Below, piece after piece: positions 48,532 to 59,002 of a stretch of DNA of 64,000 nucleotides. Numbering within the stretch: the stretch's first letter is position 1; each line of letters opens with the position of its first letter. The notes below the pieces were generated by a model. That model searched no databases. It saw nothing but the letters and a program-made list of their open reading frames with translations, and had not been told where the DNA came from. The position numbers and the translations under genes were made by a program. The DNA comes from Bdellovibrionota bacterium (GTDB taxonomy: Bacteria; Bdellovibrionota_C; UBA2361; OMII01): contig JBIJBE010000019.1 of NCBI GenBank assembly GCA_044345405.1, positions 1-64,000 of the forward strand, read 5' to 3'.

Positions 48532-48870
48532 ATATAAACTCCACAGGACCGATTACTATCGAGGGGACAGTTATACCTTCCAGAAGCGATCAGCACCACC
48601 ATCAACGGGATAGTTTCTGAGAGGCACTCATCGCTTTCAGAGCGGGCAAAACTCAGACATTGTGAGCGAGCCCGAGTTTTTTATCAAAAGCTCGGATCAT
48701 GGTCCTCGCACCGAGCTATCACGGTGGTAGCGAGCACCCGCCCATGCCCCCGACTGCGTCCCTCGCCTAATTACCTCTAATAACCGGCGTTTTCGAGTTG
48801 GCCGTCGGCCCGAAAGAGGGAGTAATTCCGCTTAACTACCAGCATGAACATGCCGATATGAAGACGTAGG

Positions 48871-50811
48871 ATGTACCTTTATCGCCCCCATAACGAGCAC
48901 CGACTCCCCACAGACACCGGCAGGTGCTCGGGCCCCGTACCGCTCCAAACGGTGACGAGGGCGTTTTGGCGCGTGGTCACGCTACTACTCTTGGTCGCGC
49001 TTCATGCGGTAACAGCGTACGGTGAAATTCGAGCCACCACCCTTGCCACGGAGGATCACACCCCCGGACTCTCCCTACTTCCAACAAACGAGGCCGGAGG
49101 GTACGCCACCACCTACTTCACCCCTCCGTGGAATACCACCCAAGCATTGACGATATTCGCCTCATCATCGACGCAAACGGGAAATCTCGGGGGCTTAGAG
49201 GGTGCGCGGACCTTGTGCCAGGGACTCGCGAATGCGGTGCCAGCTCTCGCCGGAACAACCTGGTACCCACTCCTCTCAGACTCCACCTACGACGCATCAA
49301 CCCTAACCGGAAAATCCTCCTCCTCAGCTCCGATTTACAACATCGACGGCTCCGTCATCGCCACCACTCGAGCAGCCCTTTGGAGCGGCGGAACGCTGAC
49401 CACCGGTGTGAAGGGAACCGAAACGGGCGCTATACGGTATGACTCGGTGTTTACGGGAACCACATCAACGGGTGGTAGATCAACGTTGCTGTGCGGCAAC
49501 TGGACAAGCACCTCCGGGAACGGAACGATCGGCGCGACAAACGTAACCTCATCTGGTTGGATCGGAGGATTAATCACCTCGTGCGCGGTCTCATACCGTC
49601 TCTTTTGTATCGGTAACTACGACCCTTATCAGGTAGCGCCCTCCCCTACTCCCTCGGCAACCGTTAGCCCAACGCCGATACACACGAACACTCGCACTCC
49701 GACACCGACGATTACATCAACGCCAACACTAACAAGAACCTCAACATCGACACCAACGCCCGGAAACTCACCCGCGCCGCCTGCGTTTACCTCGACACCA
49801 ACACCTCCTCCTCAGGGCTCGATCCAACCCACTCCCGCAACCGCATCCGTGCGGGTACAGGTTCTCATCGGCGCGACCCCCGTCCCCGCATTCCCGGTAA
49901 AGATCGGCGCCGAGATCATCAATACGGACCTGAACGGCCACGCATCCACAACTGTGTCGAGTAGCACCTTCCTCTCCATTGAAACAGGTTTAGCGGCTAT
50001 AGCCTTCACCCCTCGCACAGGGTATGCGGGCAGCTTCCACGATCGCACCCTCATGATCGATGCCACTCGACTCGTCATACCGAGCCCGGAGATATGTTCT
50101 GTTCTCGTGCAGGGGGTTCCGCACCTCTGGTTCCCCTATTCAAATATCGGTGGTACCTCCTTCCAGATCCCGCTCTCGTGGCATCGATTGAATCGGATAC
50201 TCTCACCCTCCGGTCTCGCGGCACCGGCGGCGATCTTCCCGTCAGGCGGGAGCGGACTTGGGTTCTCACTCCCCCGTTCTCATTTCGAATCGGGCGCCGC
50301 TCTCTCGGGAACGTGGGAGTTTTTAGCCACAAGCGTCTCTGTTCCCGCCGCCCCCCCACAATGCGCCGATAGCGGAGCGCCAGCGCAACCGACACCCACT
50401 CCCCTACCATCGTGCGCGTCCGTAGATCTCTCTGTACTCTTTACCGAGACCAAACGAACCATCGCGAATCTCTCCGAAGCGAGCCTCAAAGCCGCGGCCC
50501 GACGCGAATGGAAACCGAAAGGCAGTATACGGGAGCCGTTCCTACAGGGAGGAGCGCGCGCCCTCAACAAGATGCTCAACACCAAAAAGCAGATGGGGAA
50601 CAACCCACTATCGTGCGCGGTCCCACCAGCATCCGCAAATTGCACCGCAAAGGCCCTCGACAAAGCCACCATCAAAAAGGACTTCACCCTTCTCTTTCCG
50701 AAACACCTCCCCCCAGGTCTCGGTCGAGTCAAACGGCTCATTCCGGCGGAGACCTCCCGATTCGGTCGCATGATCGACGCTCTACCTTCGACCTTGTACA
50801 GCTGTCCGTAG
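48871..50811 (+). CDS. Secreted modular protein: DUF1554/endostatin-like domain, Pro/Thr linker, Cys-bounded C-terminal domain
   Basis: GNLGGLEGARTLCQGLA...LLSDS...VFTG...CGNW...C...RLFCI pattern; long TPTP linker. True start probably later (about 48951). Confidence 0.7.
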   Translation: MYLYRPHNEHRLPTDTGRCSGPVPLQTVTRAFWRVVTLLLLVALHAVTAYGEIRATTLATEDHTPGLSLLPTNEAGGYATTYFTPPWNTTQALTIFASSSTQTGNLGGLEGARTLCQGLANAVPALAGTTWYPLLSDSTYDASTLTGKSSSSAPIYNIDGSVIATTRAALWSGGTLTTGVKGTETGAIRYDSVFTGTTSTGGRSTLLCGNWTSTSGNGTIGATNVTSSGWIGGLITSCAVSYRLFCIGNYDPYQVAPSPTPSATVSPTPIHTNTRTPTPTITSTPTLTRTSTSTPTPGNSPAPPAFTSTPTPPPQGSIQPTPATASVRVQVLIGATPVPAFPVKIGAEIINTDLNGHASTTVSSSTFLSIETGLAAIAFTPRTGYAGSFHDRTLMIDATRLVIPSPEICSVLVQGVPHLWFPYSNIGGTSFQIPLSWHRLNRILSPSGLAAPAAIFPSGGSGLGFSLPRSHFESGAALSGTWEFLATSVSVPAAPPQCADSGAPAQPTPTPLPSCASVDLSVLFTETKRTIANLSEASLKAAARREWKPKGSIREPFLQGGARALNKMLNTKKQMGNNPLSCAVPPASANCTAKALDKATIKKDFTLLFPKHLPPGLGRVKRLIPAETSRFGRMIDALPSTLYSCP

Positions 50812-50969
50812 CGGGGTAGTGAGAACCGATGTAGTTCGACGGTACTGAGGTGCTGCGTCTCTCAGACCTGCCTTTTTCATTAACCGTTTATGGATCTCCC
50901 ACCTGAACGTGTTCGTACCCTAAAAAGCCGCCCTCACATGGCATTGAACATACGGCACCAACCTTGGTC

Positions 50970-51060
50970 GGCACTATGGCTACGGGCACTATGGCTACGG
51001 TTCTGGTCGTCACTCGTCTTGCGGGTACGTTCACGTTTACGTGCAGGAGCACGTTTACGG
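50970..51060. repeat. 15-bp tandem duplication plus a third copy of the 39-bp REP-like element
   Basis: GGCACTATGGCTACG x2 (50970-50999); CGGGTACGTTCACGTTTACG...GAGCACGTT (51022-51060) has 4 mismatches to the reverse complement of 19306-19344. Confidence 0.8.
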
Positions 51061-51189
51061 ATGAACCGGTGAGGTGTGGCCCCGGGAGCCCTCTCTCAAG
51101 ACCCCCTATCCTCTCCCCCGAGTTGGTACGCCTCTTGCTCATGTTTCAGGGAAGTCTGCTGTGCCCCTGTCTGCTAGAGAGTAAACAGT

Positions 51190-51837
51190 ATGAAATTTAG
51201 AATTCCAGACCTCTTAAGACCGCGAAAACCGGCTCCACCAACGGTTACTCCACCGAAGCCGACGACGCCGACAAATCCCACAAAGCCCTCAAGTCCTTCA
51301 AGAAGACCCTCGAAACCAACGGTTGCGCCGGTGGAGGAGCCCCCGAATGAGTTCGGCAAGACCCTTGAGAGCCTGCTAGGCAATAAATACAAGACCAGCA
51401 AGGTCAGTGAAGAGGAACTTTATGCCGCTTTGATCGTTCACCAGATCAAACAGAAGTATGGAGATCGGGACGCGAACGACTGGAAGACCCTCTTTAAGTT
51501 CTCCATGACCGACAAGCCGAAGGGTGAATATAAAGAACCGTCGGCAGAGCGCGCCGCAAACGACGTCATGGATGAATTCTTTGGAAAGAACTCCATCATC
51601 ATCCCGGCGGACGATGCGAAGAAGATCAAGGATACCGCGTTCCGTCTCGCGCAGCTCGACAAAAAAACTGACAAGTTGTGGGATAAGTTCGGTGGGGACC
51701 CTGAGAACACTATCGCGGTAACCTCATTCTCACGGGCGCAAAAATTGGTACAAGAGCGCCTCGACGCGGAAGCCAACACTTCGTCAGCGGCTGTTCGCAA
51801 GAGCGCCAAGATGAAGAAGCTGAGCAAGGTCGGATAA
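51190..51837 (+). CDS. Hypothetical protein, Pro-rich N-terminus, Lys-rich
   Basis: 215-aa ORF with protein-like composition; no signal peptide. Confidence 0.65.
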   Translation: MKFRIPDLLRPRKPAPPTVTPPKPTTPTNPTKPSSPSRRPSKPTVAPVEEPPNEFGKTLESLLGNKYKTSKVSEEELYAALIVHQIKQKYGDRDANDWKTLFKFSMTDKPKGEYKEPSAERAANDVMDEFFGKNSIIIPADDAKKIKDTAFRLAQLDKKTDKLWDKFGGDPENTIAVTSFSRAQKLVQERLDAEANTSSAAVRKSAKMKKLSKVG

Positions 51838-51893
51838 ACAGCGCCCTGATCGCCGTCACTCTGAGACGGCATACCCGGCGGTACGATACGACC

Positions 51894-53264
51894 ATGTCGC
51901 TTTCGATATCCGCCGGCCGCGTGAGGCGTGTCCGCTTCTCAGCGCTCCTTACCGCGTCTCTCCTGATATTCACCTTGGTATCGCCCGTCGAGGCTCGTCC
52001 GCGCCCACCGATCATTCCGAACATCTCAGGATTTGGCACCTCAACGGTGGCCGGGAGTGGGCGACATCTCAAGAACCCAAAGGCTCGCATATACCGCATT
52101 ACCTCGCTCTCGGATCGAGGACCAGGAACTCTCCGCGCGTGCGCCGAGGCCCGAAGCCCGCGCACCTGTCTCTTTGAGGTAGGCGGCGTCATCCAACTCT
52201 CACGCGCAATCACAATATCCTCGCCGTTCATCACGATAGCGGGACAAACCGCGCCACCTCCAGGGATCACCCTGACCAACGCCGGACTCAAGATCGCGAC
52301 ACACAACGTGCTCGTCCAACACATCGCGATTCGGCCCGGGGACGCCAAAGCCGGTGAGAATCCATCGGAACGGGACGGGATATCTATCGGAGCGCAAACA
52401 CCCCGTTCGGCACACAACATCGTTATCGATCACGTATCTTTGACGTGGGCTATCGATGAGAACATCTCTACCGCGTATCCTCGTACCCGAAACATCACTA
52501 TCGCCAACTCAATCATCGCCGAGGGGTTGCATGACTCGATTCATCCGAAGGGTCCCCACAGCAAAGGGATCATGGTTGGTGATGAATCGAGGAACATTAC
52601 GATTCGCGGAAATCTGATCGCCTTTAATGAGGAGCGAAATCCCTACCTCAAGCCAGGCACCTCGGTAGAGTTCATAAACAATCTCGTCTACGGATGGGGC
52701 CCAAAGGGCGGATGGTCTCTCTGTAACCTCACGAACAATACGGAGCGAGATGAACCGATCCTCCTCACCTTTATCGGAAACGTCTACCGGGCCGCCCCTA
52801 CCTCGATCCTCCTTCCGCCGATTTACGCGAAGAGGCTCGACCCACGAAGTGAGATCTACGTCCACGACAATATCGGCCCATCATCCGCGATGACCGCCAC
52901 CATTTCGGCGACTCACGCGTTACCATCGCATCTTAGACTCTTGTCGAAACCACCCGTATCATCACCCCGTACCACACCGCTGCCAGCATACGAAACGACG
53001 CCTCGTGTGCTCAATACCACGGGAAGTCGACCACTGACGCGCGACGCTTACGACGCCCGAATAGTTCGAGAGGTAGAGCTCTCAACGGGAACATTAAAGG
53101 ACTGTACCGAGGGGTGCCCACGATCGACCGGAAAGCTCTCACTTTCCACCCGAACGAGAATCTCTCTGAACATCCCACGCCGACCCTTTAAGGATTCAAA
53201 CGGTGATGGATATACGAACCTCGAGAACTGGCTTCACCACAAGGCGGCGTCCGTAGAGAGATAG
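51894..53264 (+). CDS. Secreted PL1 pectate-lyase-like protein
   Basis: GFG..T.AG, ITSLSDRGPGTLR, ITIAGQTAP, NIVIDHVSLTWAIDE, ERNP, and a DSNGDGYTNLENWL tail. Confidence 0.88.
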   Translation: MSLSISAGRVRRVRFSALLTASLLIFTLVSPVEARPRPPIIPNISGFGTSTVAGSGRHLKNPKARIYRITSLSDRGPGTLRACAEARSPRTCLFEVGGVIQLSRAITISSPFITIAGQTAPPPGITLTNAGLKIATHNVLVQHIAIRPGDAKAGENPSERDGISIGAQTPRSAHNIVIDHVSLTWAIDENISTAYPRTRNITIANSIIAEGLHDSIHPKGPHSKGIMVGDESRNITIRGNLIAFNEERNPYLKPGTSVEFINNLVYGWGPKGGWSLCNLTNNTERDEPILLTFIGNVYRAAPTSILLPPIYAKRLDPRSEIYVHDNIGPSSAMTATISATHALPSHLRLLSKPPVSSPRTTPLPAYETTPRVLNTTGSRPLTRDAYDARIVREVELSTGTLKDCTEGCPRSTGKLSLSTRTRISLNIPRRPFKDSNGDGYTNLENWLHHKAASVER

Positions 53265-53292
53265 CTTCGCCGGGAGATCCCGCAGATGATCA

Positions 53293-54246
53293 CTACACGT
53301 TGGTGCCGAACCAATCGTTGAACTCTCGCATCCCCTGCTCGAAGGAGGTCGATGGAGAATACCCGAGAAGTCCGCGCGCTTTAGAAACATCGGCGTTCGT
53401 CAGCTCCACATCACCAGGCTGTGGCGGATACTGCTCGATGATCAACTTCTTGCCGGTGACCCGCTCAATGATCTCCAGAACCTCGTTGAGAGAGACGGTG
53501 GAGGAGTTTCCGAGGTTGAAGATCTCGTATCCTAACGGCCTATCGACAGCGCTCACGAAACCTTGGGTGAAATCCCGAATGAAGGTGTAGTCACGGCGGG
53601 TCTCACCGGTTCCGAATTTCTTAATCGGCTTACCGTTACGAGCCGCGGCGAGGAATAGCCACGGAGCCATATCTGGTCGACCTCGAGGGCCGTAGACGGT
53701 GAAGGGACGAATCACGTTCACATTCATGCCATAGAGGTGATGATAGGTGTAGCCCATCACCTCTGTCGCCTTCTTGGTCGCGGCATAGGGAGAGATCGGT
53801 CGATCGGTGGCGGAGTCATCCTCCTTAAAGGGGATCTTCGTGGAGTTTCCGTACACCGATGAGGATGAGGTGAGTACGGTGTTCTCGACCTGGTAGCGTC
53901 GAGCCACCTCCAAAAGGGCCAGGGTGCCCGTGACGTTCGCGCTCGCGTAGATGTAGGGATCCTCAATCGAGGGACGAACACCCGCTCGAGCCGCGAGGTG
54001 GGCGACATGGGTAATGTCGTGCCTCTGAAAGATCTCGTCGAGCAACTTCGCGTCCTCAAGCTCACCCTGAACGAAATGAAAGTTAAGATTCTTCTTGAGA
54101 ACCTCAACGTTTCGATTCTTGTAGGCGACGGGGTAGTAGTCGTTGAGGTTATCGATTCCAACGACCGAATCGCCACGCGCGAGCAACGCCTCTGAGACGT
54201 GAGAACCTATGAATCCTGCGGCGCCAGTAACGAGAACTTTTTTCAT
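53293..54246 (-). CDS. NAD-dependent epimerase, UDP-glucuronate 4-epimerase-like
   Basis: VTGAAGFIG, GIDNLNDYY, HLAARAGVRPS, SSSSVYG, YAATKK, FTVYGPRGRPDMA. Confidence 0.9.
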   Translation of the reverse strand: MKKVLVTGAAGFIGSHVSEALLARGDSVVGIDNLNDYYPVAYKNRNVEVLKKNLNFHFVQGELEDAKLLDEIFQRHDITHVAHLAARAGVRPSIEDPYIYASANVTGTLALLEVARRYQVENTVLTSSSSVYGNSTKIPFKEDDSATDRPISPYAATKKATEVMGYTYHHLYGMNVNVIRPFTVYGPRGRPDMAPWLFLAAARNGKPIKKFGTGETRRDYTFIRDFTQGFVSAVDRPLGYEIFNLGNSSTVSLNEVLEIIERVTGKKLIIEQYPPQPGDVELTNADVSKARGLLGYSPSTSFEQGMREFNDWFGTNV

Positions 54247-54415
54247 GGATATCTGTATCCCTTTAACTAACAGGGGGCATTTTGGGGTCAAATGGAGGGG
54301 AACGCAATGTTGACGACGCTATCCGAACCGAAAAAAGAGGAAAGTGAGGGGAATTTCATCTCGGGGAATGACCGAGCGCAGCGTCATACATGGGCTCTCT
54401 TGTCATATTCCGCTC

Positions 54416-55555
54416 ATGACATCCTCTAAGATAACTCCCTTCCCCTGCCGCACCCCACGTATCCTACTCATACTGGTAACGTCTTTCTTACTGTTAGGGT
54501 GTATCAAATATACCCCCTCCCGAGAGGAGCTTGAACACGATCGGGGAGAAAACTCTTCATTACCGGCGAACCTCGGTTCCGAGGAGGAGTTTAACGCGTA
54601 TGAGCGCTCCCTCACGGACCGACTTCAACGCCTCATATCAGACCGTTCGTACCTCCTCACCGCCAGTCAATCGATCAACGGTTACGCCGTGGGACCGGGT
54701 GATGTCATCGGGGTTGATGTCTACGGATTTGGAGATCTTCGCTCCGAGGCTGAGGTATCGCCGCAAGGCACCCTCTCCCTTCCCCTAGTCGGCGAAGTCG
54801 ACGTTAAGGGTCGAGATACAACATCCCTCAAAAAACACCTCACCGCCGTATACTCGAGATACGTTAGAAATCCGCGCATCGATGTGTCGATAAAAAACTA
54901 CCACTCAAATCGAGTGTCGGTGATAGGTGAGGTACAACGCCCCGGTATGTATCCGCTCCGTCGAAATGGACAACTCATCACAGAACTTATCTCTGAGGCT
55001 GGAGGTAAAAACCAGGTGGCGAGCAACCGTATCATCCTCCTTCCCGCGCCGAGGCTCGACTACGTCGCCCACACAGCTCACCAACCCACAGCTCAAACGA
55101 CACCTTCAGATCCCGGTGTTGGGGTGGAGATCGATATAGAAGCGCTGCTCGGAAGGATCGATCAACGCCCTCTTCTCATCCCGCTCGTCGCTGGAGACAC
55201 CGTAGTGGTACCTGAGGCTGGAAACTACGAGGTGGACGGCGAAGTGCAAACCCCCGGGTCTTTCAAGCTGACATCTGGAACATCCGTTATCGGCGCAATC
55301 GCAGCCGCCGGAGGCTTCACCTACTCGGCGAACGTGAAGCAGGTGGAGGTGATTCGAGATATCGGTGGGGGCCGAAAAGCGCTCGCGACACTCGACCTTG
55401 AGGAGGTGGGGCTTCAGGGGGGAAGGGATATTCGGCTTCGCGCCGGCGACCTCGTTCGAGTCCCGAGTGAGCCCGGTCGATTCTTCCAACGACAGGTGGT
55501 TGAGGCGCTCAATAGTCTCTTCAACGGTGTGAGCGTTAATAGACGGTCCAACTAA
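54416..55555 (+). CDS. wza: Polysaccharide export lipoprotein Wza/OPX with SLBB domains
   Basis: Lipobox LLGC, YAVGPGDVI, LPLVGEV, VIGEVQRPG, VDGEVQTPG. Confidence 0.88.
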   Translation: MTSSKITPFPCRTPRILLILVTSFLLLGCIKYTPSREELEHDRGENSSLPANLGSEEEFNAYERSLTDRLQRLISDRSYLLTASQSINGYAVGPGDVIGVDVYGFGDLRSEAEVSPQGTLSLPLVGEVDVKGRDTTSLKKHLTAVYSRYVRNPRIDVSIKNYHSNRVSVIGEVQRPGMYPLRRNGQLITELISEAGGKNQVASNRIILLPAPRLDYVAHTAHQPTAQTTPSDPGVGVEIDIEALLGRIDQRPLLIPLVAGDTVVVPEAGNYEVDGEVQTPGSFKLTSGTSVIGAIAAAGGFTYSANVKQVEVIRDIGGGRKALATLDLEEVGLQGGRDIRLRAGDLVRVPSEPGRFFQRQVVEALNSLFNGVSVNRRSN

Positions 55556-55614
55556 GCGACCGGCTCTAGCGCGCCCCCCGCGGTGGTAACATTTTCAGGA
55601 ATAGAGATAACGGT

Positions 55615-57993
55615 ATGAATCAAACAGGACTCTCAGACAACCATCCCATTCCCTACGCGACTCTGCATCCAGCTCATCTTCATCAGATACTTCAGGCGAC
55701 CTCACAGGGGCTTCCCACCACACAGGAGGAATCCCTCTCCTTTTCGCATTACCTTCGATTAGTGCGAAAGCACCTCTCCCTGATCATCTCGACGTCATGC
55801 GCGACCACGGCGATCGCCGCGCTCTACTGTTTTCTCACTCCTTCCATGTATACAGCGGCGACCACCATCGAGATCAAGGGGTACGCCCCTATCTTGGCGA
55901 CGAGCCAAACCGAGACCCTTTTCGGAAACGATACCCGAAAGATCGAATACCAAAAGACGACGATCGCGAAACTCAAACTAGAGGGACTGGCCGATCAGGT
56001 TCTCGCGAAGAACAGGCTCGCCGAAGACCTCGAGGAATACTGGGAAGCCCGTCGATCGATGCTCGGAAAGCTCATACACAAGGTCCTTCACCCCTTTCAA
56101 ACGACCGCCTCGGCGGCTTCCCTTCAGAGCTCTGATCCTCTCTTCCTGATGAAGCCCTCGGTAGTTGGAAAATATCTGGGTCTTATTCAGATAGCGCCCA
56201 TTCACGAGACAAACCTCGTGAGCATCCAAGCTACTACGGCACAACCGGAGCTCTCACAACGATTGGCGAACGCGCACGCCCTTGGCTTCATCGATCATCT
56301 CCAACGAGAGCGGCAGGAGGTCATCACAACCAATCTTCAACTCCTCCAGCGGCAGGCGCAGGACCTCAAGAATAGAGTCACGGGGGCGGAGCAGCAGCTC
56401 TCAAGCTACGCGGCGAACAACAAGATATTCGCCGTCGGTGACGCCACCGCCCAGATCACAAACTCCCGACAGATCGAGTCCCTCTCTTCACTCCTGGCTG
56501 AGGCCACGGGGAGAAGGATAAAAACAGAAAGCCTCCTCGCTGAGGTGCAGAACAAAAAGGTTGAGGATCTCTCCGTAACCGATGATGAGGGAACCCGGCA
56601 GTTACGCACCTCCCTCCAACAAGCCCAAGCGGAGTACGCGACCCTAGGCAGTAAGGTCACCCCCGCTCATCCCTCCATGATGGAGCTCAAAGCGAAGATG
56701 GACTCACTCAAACAAGCGATCTCGGACGACCGAAAGCGGGCTGTTCGCACCATACAAACCCAATTCTCTAATGAAAAGAGCGCCGAGGGTCGCCTTAAAG
56801 CACAGATCGATGGAGAAAAAGGGCTCGCTCAGGATATGTCCAAGCAGCTCATCCAGTACAATGTGCTCGCGAAGGAGGCGACCTCTCTTCGCGACCTCTA
56901 CCAAGCTGTCTTGAAGCAGGTAAAAGAGATCGAGATCAGCGCTTCGAGCGCGGCGTCCAACGTCTTTATCACCGACTACGCCTCGCTTCCTACCTCGCCG
57001 AGCGCCCCCAAGACAAACCTCATCGTTACCCTCTTCGCCATACTTGGCATAGCGCTTGGTCTGATCATCGCGCTGGTGCTTGAAGCGTTCGACACTACCC
57101 TTAAATCGACAGAGGATGTGCAGGCCGCGCTCGATCTCCCGCTTCTTGGAGCGGTCCCTGAATTCAACGAGCGACAGGACCTACTCGCCTCTGAAGAGCG
57201 ACCGAAGTTGCCTGAGCTTGAGGAGCTCAAAGATGAGAGGAGTCACGAGAGGCCAGCGATTGAAGCGACAACCGAGGATATCACCAAGAGCCCCCAGATC
57301 ATGTCCATCTCCGCACCAAATGACATCGTCTCAGAGGCCCTTCGCACCATTCGGGCGGGAATCCTCCTCTCCTCGGCCGATCACCCTCCACGAGTGATCA
57401 TGATTACGAGCGCGATGAAGGGGGAGGGAAAAACCACGGTGCTCTACAACTTAGCCGCGACCCTCGCTCAGGCATCCCACAAAACGATCATGATCGATGG
57501 AGACCTCCGCGAACGAGGACTGACGAAACTGTTCTGTCGAGAGCAAACTCCCGCGGGAGTAGGACTCTCCGATTATCTCGCGGGCCAAGCGGAATTAGCG
57601 CAGGTCATTCGACCGACGCCGGTCACTGGACTCGATATCCTTCCGGCCGGCAATCGGGCACCGAATCCGGCGGAACTCTTAAGCTCCATCACGATGAGAG
57701 AGCTTGTCGGGGATCTCTCCGATACCTATGACTTCGTGCTAGTCGACTCACCGCCAATCCTCCCCGTCGCGGATGGGTTGACCCTCTCGCGCGTGGTCGA
57801 TAGCGTTGTTCTCGTTGTCCGCAGCCGCACCACTGAGCGAGAACTCGCGCAGGAATCTCGTCGGCGGTTACTTCGTGTTAATGCCCGAATCCTTGGGGTT
57901 GTACTGAATGACCTCGACGTATCAGCCGATGAGCGGGATAGCGTGATGTATGGGGGATATGTCACTGGGGGTGGGGAGAGTGCGTTGACGTAG
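55615..57993 (+). CDS. wzc: Polysaccharide co-polymerase / BY-kinase Wzc
   Basis: Wzz-like N-terminus, coiled coil, second TM, EALRTIR, Walker A GEGKT, IDGDLR, VLVDSPP, GVVLN. Confidence 0.92.
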   Translation: MNQTGLSDNHPIPYATLHPAHLHQILQATSQGLPTTQEESLSFSHYLRLVRKHLSLIISTSCATTAIAALYCFLTPSMYTAATTIEIKGYAPILATSQTETLFGNDTRKIEYQKTTIAKLKLEGLADQVLAKNRLAEDLEEYWEARRSMLGKLIHKVLHPFQTTASAASLQSSDPLFLMKPSVVGKYLGLIQIAPIHETNLVSIQATTAQPELSQRLANAHALGFIDHLQRERQEVITTNLQLLQRQAQDLKNRVTGAEQQLSSYAANNKIFAVGDATAQITNSRQIESLSSLLAEATGRRIKTESLLAEVQNKKVEDLSVTDDEGTRQLRTSLQQAQAEYATLGSKVTPAHPSMMELKAKMDSLKQAISDDRKRAVRTIQTQFSNEKSAEGRLKAQIDGEKGLAQDMSKQLIQYNVLAKEATSLRDLYQAVLKQVKEIEISASSAASNVFITDYASLPTSPSAPKTNLIVTLFAILGIALGLIIALVLEAFDTTLKSTEDVQAALDLPLLGAVPEFNERQDLLASEERPKLPELEELKDERSHERPAIEATTEDITKSPQIMSISAPNDIVSEALRTIRAGILLSSADHPPRVIMITSAMKGEGKTTVLYNLAATLAQASHKTIMIDGDLRERGLTKLFCREQTPAGVGLSDYLAGQAELAQVIRPTPVTGLDILPAGNRAPNPAELLSSITMRELVGDLSDTYDFVLVDSPPILPVADGLTLSRVVDSVVLVVRSRTTERELAQESRRRLLRVNARILGVVLNDLDVSADERDSVMYGGYVTGGGESALT

Positions 57994-58133
57994 GACGTCG
58001 GACGTGAGACGTGGGACGTAAGACGTCGGACGTGAGACGTAGACGTAGGACGTGGGACGTGAGACGTAGGACGTTAACCGTCAACGTCCTACGTCTCACG
58101 TTCTACCGTCGCCGTCCAACGTCATCGTCGACG
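57994..58133. repeat. GACGTNR heptamer array with a 19-bp perfect hairpin
   Basis: About 11 GACGT(N)R units, then ACGTGAGACGTAGGACGTT-aaccgtc-AACGTCCTACGTCTCACGT (58057-58101). Confidence 0.9.
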
Positions 58134-58142
58134 GCTCGCCCC

Positions 58143-58835
58143 CTACCTCGCCCCCGATCCACTCACCACAACCCCTACCGTCTTCAAAGCGATCCACATA
58201 TCAAGGAACACACTCTTCTTCTTGATATACAAAATATCGAGGGCGAGCTTCTGGCGATAGCCGTCGGTATACTCAGGATACCCCTGAATCACCTGCGCGA
58301 GACCGGTTAAGCCGGCTTTGACGCCGAGCCTTCGATGAAACCCTTTTATCTTCTTCTCAAAGTTTTTGGCGAGTTCAGGACGCTCGGGACGAGGACCGAT
58401 CAGGCTCATATCTCCCCTCACGACGTTCCACAACTGAGGGAGTTCATCGAGACGTGTCTTTCGAAGAAAGGAGCCGATGCCGGTAACACGGACGTCATGA
58501 AGCTGCGCCACGACAGCCCCGGTCTCACGCTCCGCGTCCTGGCGCATCGTTCGAAATTTACACAACATGAATTCCCGTCCACCCTCCGTTAAACGCTTCT
58601 GTCGAAAGATCACAGGGCCCGGGGAGCTCAATCGAACCGCGACCGCGACCCCGATCATCACCGGGGTAAGACTAACACCAAGGGCGAGAGCCCCCGCTAT
58701 ATCAACCCCTCGTTTCAAGCAATCGTACCCAGTTCGGGGGCACACGGTAGCGGAGTTTACCGATATATCGGTGTCATCGAGACGTTGAACGAAAGAACGA
58801 TCTTCCCTCGGACAGAGACGGGCAACTGGCTTCAT
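58143..58835 (-). CDS. Priming phosphoglycosyl transferase (Bac_transf, WcaJ/CpsE-like)
   Basis: KRGVDI, SPGPVIFRQ, KFRTM, LRKTRLDELPQLWNV, MSLIGPRPE, GLTGLAQ. Confidence 0.93.
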   Translation of the reverse strand: MKPVARLCPREDRSFVQRLDDTDISVNSATVCPRTGYDCLKRGVDIAGALALGVSLTPVMIGVAVAVRLSSPGPVIFRQKRLTEGGREFMLCKFRTMRQDAERETGAVVAQLHDVRVTGIGSFLRKTRLDELPQLWNVVRGDMSLIGPRPERPELAKNFEKKIKGFHRRLGVKAGLTGLAQVIQGYPEYTDGYRQKLALDILYIKKKSVFLDMWIALKTVGVVVSGSGAR

Positions 58836-59002
58836 AGCTCCTCACGTGCGCAGACATGTGTATGTACATCGCCAGCATCTTCACCCTACCAGCTTGCATC
58901 GTCGAAAGTATCTCCAGCATCCAAGCGACCTAGTAATGGTCACACGCGCGGGAGAGACGATGCGGTATACGAGCTTCTTACTTTGTATTTTCGAGAGATC
59001 CT

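Noticed and set aside
48532-48870. glmS ribozyme upstream of glmS
   Set aside because: I could not find the conserved core sequences on the minus strand; an Rfam/Infernal search would settle it.
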